From an uncultured delta proteobacterium (GTDB lineage Bacteria > Desulfobacterota > Desulfobacteria > Desulfobacterales > Desulfosalsimonadaceae): a DNA stretch of 64,000 nucleotides. The DNA is taken from assembly GCA_963826785.1 (NCBI GenBank), contig CAWGYD010000004.1, positions 352,001 to 416,000 on the forward strand. The letters run 5' to 3'. The notes below the pieces were generated by a model. It worked only from the letters and a program-made list of their open reading frames with translations, did no database searches and was not told where the DNA came from. Shown one piece after another: positions 51,287 to 59,922 of this stretch (its first letter is position 1; each line of letters opens with the position of its first letter). The position numbers were made by a program, and so were the translations under genes.

Positions 51287-51431
51287 GGTGTCCACTCAGA
51301 GATGGTGGATTTGGGTTCAGGCCGAGGCCGCAGGGGTTTGGAAACCGGAGGCGCAGCAGCGCTGCGTTGAGGATTTCCAAATCACGAGAACGAAGGCCTG
51401 GGCCCAAAGACGCCATTTCTGAGTGGACACC
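51287..51431. repeat. ~145-bp palindromic interspersed element (MITE/REP-like), copy B
   Basis: Terminal IR GGTGTCCACTCAGAGATGG/CCATTTCTGAGTGGACACC; inner TTTGGAAA/TTTCCAAA; apical CGCAGC/GCTGCG. Same architecture as 43015-43160. Confidence 0.8.
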
Positions 51432-51865
51432 TACTTCCATCCCTTGATGTAATCTTCCAATTGTTCGATGACGAACTGCTTGTGGGTAATGATCCCCTTG
51501 ACGATGTCGCCGATGGAAATGATGCCCGCCACCTGTTCGTTTTCGATTACCGGCAGGTGCCGCACCCGTTTATGGGTCAGCAGTTCCATGCATTCCTCCA
51601 GGTTCTTGTCCGGATCGACGGTAATCACTTCGGTGGTCATGATCTCGCTGACCAGCAGATCCTGGGAGCGCTTCCCCTTCAGGATGACCTTCCGGGCATA
51701 ATCGCGTTCGGAAATCAGGCCGATGATGCGTTTGTCCTTGAGCACCAGCAGCGCCCCGATATTTTTTTCGGCCATGATGCCCAGTGCCTCGTAGACCGTT
51801 TGATCGGGTGCAATGGACTCCACCCGGGTCCCTTTGTCCCTGAGGATATCCCTGACTTTTCTCAT
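51431..51865 (-). CDS. Standalone tandem CBS-domain protein
   Basis: NIGALLV, GLISERDYARK, IMT, VRHLPV, GIISIGD; its ATG overlaps the nuoA stop (ATGA). Confidence 0.93.
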   Translation of the reverse strand: MRKVRDILRDKGTRVESIAPDQTVYEALGIMAEKNIGALLVLKDKRIIGLISERDYARKVILKGKRSQDLLVSEIMTTEVITVDPDKNLEECMELLTHKRVRHLPVIENEQVAGIISIGDIVKGIITHKQFVIEQLEDYIKGWK

Positions 51866-52293
51866 GATGTCCCCCCCTTTGATTGAGGTTCCGATTTCCG
51901 GCGGGCCTTGAGATACCGGATCGTGCCCCAGTCCAGCGCCCCGTTGCGCCAGAGATAGACCAGCGCCGCCAGCAGGATGGCGATGAAAATGTTGATCTCG
52001 ATATAACCGGCCCATCCCAGGTCACGAAAAGTGACCGCATACAGATAGACGAAAATGGCCTCCAGATCGAAGATGACGAAAAACATGGCCATCAGGTAGA
52101 ATTTGGCGGCAAAGCGGACATTGGCCGACCCCGTCGAAACCAGTCCTGATTCGTATGTTTCTTTTGCCGCACCATCCCGCCGGCTGCGATGCTGACCCAG
52201 CACGGCGGAGAGTGCGATGATCAAACCGGTCAGGCCCGCCACGCAGAAAAAGTAGAGGACCAGCGGCCAGAGTAAAAGGTTTGACGAATTCAA
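51862..52293 (-). CDS. nuoA: NADH-quinone oxidoreductase subunit A
   Basis: YESG, KFYLMAMFFVIFDLEA, GALDW; TTG start. Confidence 0.93.
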   Translation of the reverse strand: MNSSNLLLWPLVLYFFCVAGLTGLIIALSAVLGQHRSRRDGAAKETYESGLVSTGSANVRFAAKFYLMAMFFVIFDLEAIFVYLYAVTFRDLGWAGYIEINIFIAILLAALVYLWRNGALDWGTIRYLKARRKSEPQSKGGTS

Positions 52294-52393
52294 TTACAGC
52301 ATCCTTCTATAGTAGACCAGAACCGGGTTATCACTGAAAATAATGACCACCGGGTCGGAAAAGTAAAGAAAAAGGTCGTAAAAACGACCGTTT

Positions 52394-53641
52394 TCAATGG
52401 GTGACCGTAAAGGTCAGGCCCGCGTTGGCGATCAGGCGGTCGAGCAGTTTGTTCCCCATGGCGCTGGCGGGCGTCCAGAATCCGCCCTGGACCTCCTTTT
52501 TGTCGATGTCCTTGAACAGGCAGACCGCGGCTTCTCCCAGCATCTTTCGGGTGGAGCCGTAGCCCGGATCGCGATCCCCCGTCACCGTGACCCTCAGTTC
52601 ATTTCCGCTGATATCTTTGCCGATCAAATGCAGTTTGTAAAAGCCCTTTTCCTGCTTTTCAGGGGAGGGGCCCTGCCCGGGTTTGGGCAGAAGGGTTTTC
52701 TTCAAAATTTCCCGGGTCGGCGCAAAAGCGCCTCCGACGATGAATGCCCCGACGGCTGCCGATAAAGAGGCGGCGCGAAGACGCCCTTTGATGCCCTGAC
52801 CCATGATCATGGCTTCATCATATTTGAAATCACTCCCATAGGGGTAGCGCATCAGGGCATTGGTCCGGTGCACGACCCGGGTGTTGACCGCGGCCATGAT
52901 GAACGGTCCCACCCAGCTGTCCACATCTTTATCGTATTCAAACAGATTGACGCCGGGCTGGCGGATGCCGCTTCGCATTCCCTCGGGCGCCAGGGCATAG
53001 GGATTTCTGACAATTTTGGCGACTTCAGGATCTTTCCGGACTTCCTCGATGATGTTTAAGATGCTGGCAACGGTCCCCCCGCTGGCCCCGCCGCGCATGG
53101 ACCTGACCCGCAGCTTCACCCGGTTCATGGCATGGCCGAATTTTTTATGCGCCTGGTTCTGCAGGAAGTACACCCCCATGTCCGAGGGGATGGAGTCAAA
53201 CCCGCAGGCCGGGACGATGCGGGCGCCGGATGCTTCCGCATCTTTCTGGTGCGCATTGATCATGCGGTGTATCCACTGGGTCTCCCCGGCCAGGTCGCAG
53301 TAGTCGGTGCCGTTGGCGGCGCAGGCGGCCACCAGCTTTGATCCCAGCTTCGCATAGGGGCCGACCGTGGAAACGACGAGCCTGGCCTTTTTCGTCATGG
53401 CATCGAGAAAGGCCTCGTCGAATGCGTCGCCGACGATTAAGGGCAGGCGGTCGTCGGCATTGAGTTCGCGGTGCACCGATTCCAGTTCCTGCCGGCTGTT
53501 GCCGCCCAGTGCGAAGCGGATTTCATCGGTTTTGCCATACCGCGGCCACACATAGGTCGCCAGCAGCTTTCCGATAAATCCGGTGGCGCCCCACAACACG
53601 ATATCCGCTTCTGGCAGGTCTTTTTCTTTTAGAGCACTCAT
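52394..53641 (-). CDS. Saccharopine-dehydrogenase-like NADP-binding oxidoreductase (trans-acting enoyl reductase family)
   Basis: GATGFIG, TVGPY, YCDLAGE, CGFDSIPSD, SGGT, DPGY, GGFWTPA. Confidence 0.88.
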   Translation of the reverse strand: MSALKEKDLPEADIVLWGATGFIGKLLATYVWPRYGKTDEIRFALGGNSRQELESVHRELNADDRLPLIVGDAFDEAFLDAMTKKARLVVSTVGPYAKLGSKLVAACAANGTDYCDLAGETQWIHRMINAHQKDAEASGARIVPACGFDSIPSDMGVYFLQNQAHKKFGHAMNRVKLRVRSMRGGASGGTVASILNIIEEVRKDPEVAKIVRNPYALAPEGMRSGIRQPGVNLFEYDKDVDSWVGPFIMAAVNTRVVHRTNALMRYPYGSDFKYDEAMIMGQGIKGRLRAASLSAAVGAFIVGGAFAPTREILKKTLLPKPGQGPSPEKQEKGFYKLHLIGKDISGNELRVTVTGDRDPGYGSTRKMLGEAAVCLFKDIDKKEVQGGFWTPASAMGNKLLDRLIANAGLTFTVTH

Positions 53642-53883
53642 GCCGTACCTCCATCAAAAAATTTTCCGACACCGGACTTTTCGATCATCTTGTCATAAGT
53701 ATAAGGATAAAAAGGCGCCGGCGCCATATTATTTTCATCGTAATACAGGAATGAAAAACGCATCTTTTGCGTCAAGCGCGCTCCATTTGCGCCTTCTACT
53801 ATCATATTGACCGGAGTCGATCATCTTGTTACCATCCTGAAAAATGACATAAAGGAATCTATGCAATAATCAAGGAGTGCGTC

Positions 53884-55152
53884 ATGAAATTGAATAAACA
53901 GTTGAGCGGTCTGCTTGTTTTGTCAATTTTCGGGTTGGCCATGCTGTCTGCATGTGCATCCTCCACCCCGCCGCTGGTGACTGCGGCCGGCCAGGGGGAA
54001 ACCGAAGCCGTCAATCAGCTGATCGCCTCCGGGGTAGATGTGAATGCGGCGACGAAACAGGGGATTACCCCGCTGTTCGCGGCTGCGGCCGCAGGCCGAA
54101 AAGAGATGACGGCCCGGCTGCTGGAAAGGGGTGCCGACGTGAATGCGGCCGCAACGCAGGCGCATGTCCTTGATGAGATGATGGTTTATCCGGGAATGAC
54201 CCCCCTGATGGCCGCGCTGGCAAATGCGCATCCAGAGGTCGCCCGTCTCCTGGTCGAAAGCGGGGCGGATGTGAACATGAAAACCGCATCCGGCCTTACG
54301 GCGATGATGATCGCTTCTTTCAATGGAAATGACGAAATGGTGAAGCTTCTGCTGGAGAAAAAGGCCGATCCGAATGCCGCCCTCACCGAAGACATCGTTT
54401 TTGCCCAGCATCCCGTATACACCGGCAGCTGCCCCGTTCTGGCCGCAGCCAATGCCGGCAGCGTCAAATGCATGCAGCTGCTGCTCCGGGCCGGAGCGGA
54501 TTTTAATGCCGCCGACCGGCTGGGCAATTCATTGCTGATGGAAGCAGCCGCCAAAGGCAACCTGCATGCGGTAAAATTCCTGATTGCGCACGGGGCGGAC
54601 GTGAACGGCCGGTCCACCGAGACGCTCAAGATCGGCCAGGACGTCACGCCCAAGGGGTATTCCGTTTTGTCCGCCGCCGCGGCTAACGGGCATGCGGAGG
54701 TGGTAAAATACCTCATCGAAAAGGGCGCGGACGTCAACACCAAAGATGATGAAATGCTCATCGACCCCCTTTTCCTGGCATCCGGCAAGGGCCACATGGA
54801 GGTGGTGGAAATTCTGGTGGAAAACGGCGCGGATGTGTTTGCCCTTTCCAAAATGGGAACCGCCCTGAATACGTCAAGACACAACGGGTATGACAATATC
54901 GCCAAGTATATCATGAGCGCCCGGGCTGCCCAATTGGCCGCAGAGCAGGCCGCTGCGGAGGAAAAAGCAAAGCCCAAGGAAAAACCTGAGGAAATGCAGG
55001 ATAAAGAAGCAATATTCGATTGGGCCGGGCAGCAATTAAGGCGCCCGCCGTTTCGATTAATTGTTTTAATCCCAATGGCAAAGCTAAGCGTGAGTCTCCC
55101 AGATAGAGACAAAAGGTTTAGCGAAAAAGGCAAAGAGGAGAACGCTGATTAA
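53884..55152 (+). CDS. Ankyrin-repeat lipoprotein (C-terminal end uncertain)
   Basis: Lipobox LSAC; about 9 repeats of TPL..AA..G....V..LL..GADVN. Confidence 0.85.
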   Translation: MKLNKQLSGLLVLSIFGLAMLSACASSTPPLVTAAGQGETEAVNQLIASGVDVNAATKQGITPLFAAAAAGRKEMTARLLERGADVNAAATQAHVLDEMMVYPGMTPLMAALANAHPEVARLLVESGADVNMKTASGLTAMMIASFNGNDEMVKLLLEKKADPNAALTEDIVFAQHPVYTGSCPVLAAANAGSVKCMQLLLRAGADFNAADRLGNSLLMEAAAKGNLHAVKFLIAHGADVNGRSTETLKIGQDVTPKGYSVLSAAAANGHAEVVKYLIEKGADVNTKDDEMLIDPLFLASGKGHMEVVEILVENGADVFALSKMGTALNTSRHNGYDNIAKYIMSARAAQLAAEQAAAEEKAKPKEKPEEMQDKEAIFDWAGQQLRRPPFRLIVLIPMAKLSVSLPDRDKRFSEKGKEENAD

Positions 55153-55180
55153 CAGAATTGCATCGCGACCGGATCTGTCT

Positions 55181-57037
55181 GTGCCGCTCCTCTGCCTGTT
55201 TCTTATTTTGCTGAATGCGGGCCCCGCCATCGGGGATACACGCCTTTCGATCCGGGTCACCGATCCCCTGCCGGAAGAATACAGCCTCGTTCTGAAGCAG
55301 GATATCGGGGCGGGGTCGCTGCTGAGGCTGCAGGCGGACTCCATCCAGCAATTCAACCATTTCAGTATCCTTGAAGTCAGTGTGGCCGGGCATGTCCTGA
55401 AGGAAGTCCATCATGGTTCAGATGAAGAACTGCGAAAAGACTGGAACTGGTTTATTGCCACGCTGCCCATGGTCACCGTCGTGACGGCCGAACCCCTCCG
55501 GGCGGGTGATCGGATCGATATCCGCACGAAGAATAACAGGCAAAATCAGGCAAATCCCGGGGTCTCAAGCTACAGCGGTCTGAACTGGTCGATTCGCTTC
55601 GTGCAGGTCGACGATATCCGGGCGGTGGATGCAAAACCGGTGAGCGAAACCGTGACCATTGAATTTGTTCCGGGCGAGCCGGTGGGGCTGGAAGCCTATT
55701 TAAAGCCAGACGGCCGGCTGCTGGTCACGCCCTGTGATGTTTTCGGCAACCCGGCCAGGCGCGCGGGAATGGGAATCTCCGTAAATGACGGCAGCCGCAT
55801 CCACACGGCCAGGTTAGACGATGCCGTGCCGACCGTGTTGACGCTCTCACCTTCGGTCGAGCGGGTGGAGGTGAGGGACGCCTTCGACCGATGTGCGCTC
55901 AGCAACGCCCTTCCCATTGCCCTTGACGGAACCCCCGTCTGGTTTGGTGACTTTCACTGGCATACCCTGGTCAGCGGCGACGGTCAGCGCGATCCGGAAA
56001 AGGCCATGCGGGCCGCACGCGACGAGTTGGGCCTCGATTTTGCCGGACCGAGCGACCATATCGCCGCCGACGGCGACTATCACAACCGGTTCGATCTTCA
56101 TGTTTCAGATCTGACCGGTCTGGTTGGCCGCTTCGAATCGCCGGGAACATTTGCCGTTATCACCGGGGCCGAACGGAGCACCCGCCACGGCCACGCCAAT
56201 ATCTATGCGGACAGCGACGAAATATGGGCGCAGGTTACGGGAAAATGCGCCGCATCCGGCATGAACCGGCAGGTCAACACCTTCCCGCACCAGGAGATCC
56301 AGAAGATTCTCCCGGCCGGGCATGCATTCTATGTTCCCCATCATACCAACGTGGATTCATTTGTGGAAGGCGGGGTTACTTCTGCCGTTGACGGGCTTCC
56401 GCTCTGGTATGCCATGTCTTTTCCCCTGCCCGCCGATCGCGATTTCGTGCGGCTGTTCGAAATGTGCCAGCTGCGCGGCTGTTTTGAAACCGAGGAACTT
56501 TGTCCGGAATGGGGCGTACGGTACGGCGGTTTCGGTGCCAGTGCGCGATCGGCCCTGGGCCGCGGCTATCATATCGGATTCACGGGGGGCAGCGACAACC
56601 ATTGCGGCTGGCCCACCCGCGCACCGGGCAAGACCGTCGGATTGACCGGCGTGGTATCGGCGCAATTGGACCGCAAATCGATCTTTGACGCCCTTTACGC
56701 CCGGCGCTGTTATGCCACCACCGGTGCGCGCATCGTGGCCGATGCGGCATTGAACGGGTATCCCATCGGAAGCGAGCTGAAGCTCAATCCCGGTGAAGCG
56801 CGTATTTTTGAGATCATGATCAAGGGAACCGCACCGATCGAGAAGGTGCAGGTGATCTCGGCCGGAACGGTGCTGGCCGACCTGCCGGTAAAAGGGGCCT
56901 CCCTTGATTTTTCGTGTGAGTGGCAAGATGACCGACCGGGCAGGCCCCTGGATGACACCTATTATTATGTGCGCGCCCGTCAGGCGGATGGACACTGCGT
57001 CTGGCTCAGCCCCTGGTGGATCGATCTGCCCGAGTAA
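55181..57037 (+). CDS. DUF3604-like / PHP-superfamily metallohydrolase
   Basis: WFGDFHWHT, LDFAGPSDH, GHAN, PHH, GGSDNH, ALYARRCYATTG; start uncertain. Confidence 0.75.
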   Translation: MPLLCLFLILLNAGPAIGDTRLSIRVTDPLPEEYSLVLKQDIGAGSLLRLQADSIQQFNHFSILEVSVAGHVLKEVHHGSDEELRKDWNWFIATLPMVTVVTAEPLRAGDRIDIRTKNNRQNQANPGVSSYSGLNWSIRFVQVDDIRAVDAKPVSETVTIEFVPGEPVGLEAYLKPDGRLLVTPCDVFGNPARRAGMGISVNDGSRIHTARLDDAVPTVLTLSPSVERVEVRDAFDRCALSNALPIALDGTPVWFGDFHWHTLVSGDGQRDPEKAMRAARDELGLDFAGPSDHIAADGDYHNRFDLHVSDLTGLVGRFESPGTFAVITGAERSTRHGHANIYADSDEIWAQVTGKCAASGMNRQVNTFPHQEIQKILPAGHAFYVPHHTNVDSFVEGGVTSAVDGLPLWYAMSFPLPADRDFVRLFEMCQLRGCFETEELCPEWGVRYGGFGASARSALGRGYHIGFTGGSDNHCGWPTRAPGKTVGLTGVVSAQLDRKSIFDALYARRCYATTGARIVADAALNGYPIGSELKLNPGEARIFEIMIKGTAPIEKVQVISAGTVLADLPVKGASLDFSCEWQDDRPGRPLDDTYYYVRARQADGHCVWLSPWWIDLPE

Positions 57038-57135
57038 ACGGTTGATGTAAACGATTGTGCGATCGGCAAGATGAAAAATTTCGTCATTTTCTTCTGCGCG
57101 GGCATTACGATAACCCGGTTCTCTGTTTTTCGAAT

Positions 57136-58011
57136 TTATATCCCTGCCATTTCTGCAAAATTTTTGCCCTTGATCATCTCCTTTTCTTCGGCGGATACCG
57201 GCAGACGATTGATCTCGGTGAGAATGGCGCCGTGGTCGTACAGGTGATCCTCGGGTGACGGATATCCGAAGGGGCCGTCGGTACCGTAGAAGCATTTTTT
57301 TGGCCCCAGTGCGGCAACGGCGGCCCGACGGAGCGGCTCATCCAGGTAGGGGCTGGACAGGTCGATGTACACGTTCTTCTTGTCCTCGATGTATGCCCAC
57401 AGTTTTTTGTAAAACGGCACCCCGGCATGGGCATATACCAGCTTGAGCTTCGGGTGCCGCTCCGGCAGGTGTCTGAAATCCCCATTTGCGCTGTTTCCCC
57501 CCAGGTGCAGCAGCAGGGGCAGACCGCGCTCCACGCAGAAAGCGGCCGCATCATCGAGCTGGCTTACCGGGTAGCGGTGCCAGTACGGGTGGCACTTGAT
57601 GCCGATCCATTTCTTGGAGTCAAGCCCCCTCTCCATTGCCCCAACCGCGTCTTCTTTTGCCGGGTTGATGAAGAACCAACCGTAAAACCGGTCCGGGTGC
57701 GCTTTTAATGCGGCTGCCACGGGCTGGTTGTCGGGCTGTTGATCGATATCGTATTTCTTGCCCAGTATGTTGAACTGGCCGTTTTTGGTGACGACGCTTT
57801 CATATACCTTCCGCCCGAGAAAATTCCATCTTCCCGCCTGGAGGTTGCGGACAAATTTCGCCAGCTTTTCAGCCGTTCCCTCCACGTGAAAGGGATCCAC
57901 CATGGGCGGCACCAGGGCGATGCGGTCGATGCCGTGCCGGTCCATCTGGGCGATGAGCCGGTCCATTGTCTCCATCCGTTCATCCAGGTGATAATGCATG
58001 TCGATGATCAT
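57136..58011 (-). CDS. Amidohydrolase-2 family metal-dependent hydrolase
   Basis: IIDMHYH, GIKCHP, LLHLG, AHAG, YGTDGP. Confidence 0.88.
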   Translation of the reverse strand: MIIDMHYHLDERMETMDRLIAQMDRHGIDRIALVPPMVDPFHVEGTAEKLAKFVRNLQAGRWNFLGRKVYESVVTKNGQFNILGKKYDIDQQPDNQPVAAALKAHPDRFYGWFFINPAKEDAVGAMERGLDSKKWIGIKCHPYWHRYPVSQLDDAAAFCVERGLPLLLHLGGNSANGDFRHLPERHPKLKLVYAHAGVPFYKKLWAYIEDKKNVYIDLSSPYLDEPLRRAAVAALGPKKCFYGTDGPFGYPSPEDHLYDHGAILTEINRLPVSAEEKEMIKGKNFAEMAGI

Positions 58012-58122
58012 CTCGCGCCTCCTTTTTTGAGGGTAAACGGGCTTTTATTTTTTGGTTTGAAGTGATTCAGCCTTCGGCCTGGCATCCCCGGTCCCCCCGA
58101 TATGGGAGGAATAAGGTGAGGG

Positions 58123-59547
58123 TTACCCGTTGATGGACGCAAACAGGTGTTCAGCTGTTTTGACCCATTGGGCAAATGCGGCGCCATCCCATTTCTCCGG
58201 ATACTTCCGGTAGTGGCTGAATATCTTTTTGCCCATGGTGGTGGCCCGGTTCAGCTTCATCAGCAGCCCGGGGCGGGTGATCCCGTTGACCAGGGTGCTG
58301 ACCATGGTCGCAAGATCCGGGGGTTCGAAGATGCCGTTGATGGTGGGGGTCAGCATATTGCCGCTCATGATGTCTTTTTTCATCAGAAACGTGAGATCCT
58401 CGTGGGACAGGTCCTGCAAAATTTCCTTCAGTGCCGCCAGTGCCGCAAAGTGGCTGCCGCGCCGGGTGAACCAGAGATGATTATACGGCCAGAGATTCTC
58501 CATGGTGCAGGCTTCTTTCTTCAAGGCGGCCTGGATGGTTTCGGCCGCCAGCAGTGCGCCGGTCAACGCCCCGCCCACGCCGCACCCCGTGGTGGGGATC
58601 ACCTGGCCGGCGGCATCGCCCACGGCCAGGAACCCGGGGGCAGCCAGTGACCAGGGGGACTTGCCCACCAGGACGATGCCGCCGCCCCCGCGCAGTTCCT
58701 CTCCGGTAATCGACGGCCGCTCGGCGATCATTTCCCCGATGACTTTCAAGGGATCGACCCGGCCGGGCTCTTCCCGGACCCCGCCGCCGATATCGATGGA
58801 ATCCTTATGATGCAGATGCGTCCAGAAGTATCCCTTGAAGGCGCCGTATCGGTAATGGTCCGTCAGATCGTCATCTGCTGCAAGCTTGACATCGAGCCGC
58901 CGAACCGTTCGGCAGGCATATGCCAGGTCTCCCCCGGAAAATGCCGTTCGGATTTCCGGTGCGCCCGCAAGTTTCGTGCGCAGCTGGGAAAGATACCCGG
59001 TGGCGTCCACCACCATGTCCGCTGAAATTTCAGCAGTGGACCCGGTTTCCATATCGGTGACGATCAGCCCCTCCACCCGGATGCTTTCCAAAGATGCGTC
59101 CGTGTTTCCGATCAGCCCGTCCACCCGGTGCCGGTAGAATATCTTGGCCCCGGCGGCTCCCGCCTGTTTTGCCAGGCGGGAGCCGAGCACCTTCCGGTCG
59201 GTGGTGATGTACCTGAATTCCACCCCGCTGCGGGTGGCCCCTGAAAGGTCGGGAAACCGGATCTGGAGCGGATCGATCCGGTGGGGTTCGAAGATGTTGT
59301 CGTCGTCTTCGCCGGATTTGACCAGCTTTCCTTTGAATCGGCCGTCCACCACCGCAGGGATATCGAATCCCGCAGCGGCCAGTGCCGATTTCTCCACCGC
59401 GTCGGACCAGTTGTGCCCAAGCGTGCCTTCCGATTTCAGTTCAAAGACCGCCACCGAGATTCCGGCTGAAGCCAGCTGCCGGGCCAGCAGGGTGCCCCCC
59501 GGCCCTGCGCCGGCGATGACGACCTGGTAATCCTTTGGAGATTTCAT
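58123..59547 (-). CDS. Geranylgeranyl-reductase-family FAD oxidoreductase
   Basis: IAGAGPGG, VDATG, GYFW, VGDAAGQVIPTTGCGV; start at MKSPK after RBS GGAGG. Confidence 0.8.
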   Translation of the reverse strand: MKSPKDYQVVIAGAGPGGTLLARQLASAGISVAVFELKSEGTLGHNWSDAVEKSALAAAGFDIPAVVDGRFKGKLVKSGEDDDNIFEPHRIDPLQIRFPDLSGATRSGVEFRYITTDRKVLGSRLAKQAGAAGAKIFYRHRVDGLIGNTDASLESIRVEGLIVTDMETGSTAEISADMVVDATGYLSQLRTKLAGAPEIRTAFSGGDLAYACRTVRRLDVKLAADDDLTDHYRYGAFKGYFWTHLHHKDSIDIGGGVREEPGRVDPLKVIGEMIAERPSITGEELRGGGGIVLVGKSPWSLAAPGFLAVGDAAGQVIPTTGCGVGGALTGALLAAETIQAALKKEACTMENLWPYNHLWFTRRGSHFAALAALKEILQDLSHEDLTFLMKKDIMSGNMLTPTINGIFEPPDLATMVSTLVNGITRPGLLMKLNRATTMGKKIFSHYRKYPEKWDGAAFAQWVKTAEHLFASING

Positions 59548-59922
59548 GAGATCTTCCCCTCCCAATTTGGATGATAATGATGAAATCTAACTCTTTATCG
59601 GAACAACCGTCAACCAGTTTCAGAAAGAGGTAGCGCGACTGTTCGATTTTGTCGGGATTTACTGGTCGCACACTGTCTTTGGCGCCATGTTTTACCGAGC
59701 CGTGTGCCCATGACAACGTTTATGGCCATCACCGCATCCACGCGCCGGCTTTTCAGAAACTTATTTAATCTTGTGAATTGAATAAATCAATTATGATCAA
59801 AATTACAATAGAAATTAAGAATTTGACTCAACATGGCCCCTGGTCTATGGCTTACCCATAAACTGGCGCGATCACGGATCTGTTTGCTCCGCCGCCAAAA
59901 ATATCAAACCGGAGTGTAGACC

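Noticed and set aside
59770..59790. TTGTGAA half-site suggesting a Rex operator (similar at about 3624-3641)
   Set aside because: The second half-site does not match TTCACAA; not distinguishable from AT-rich background.
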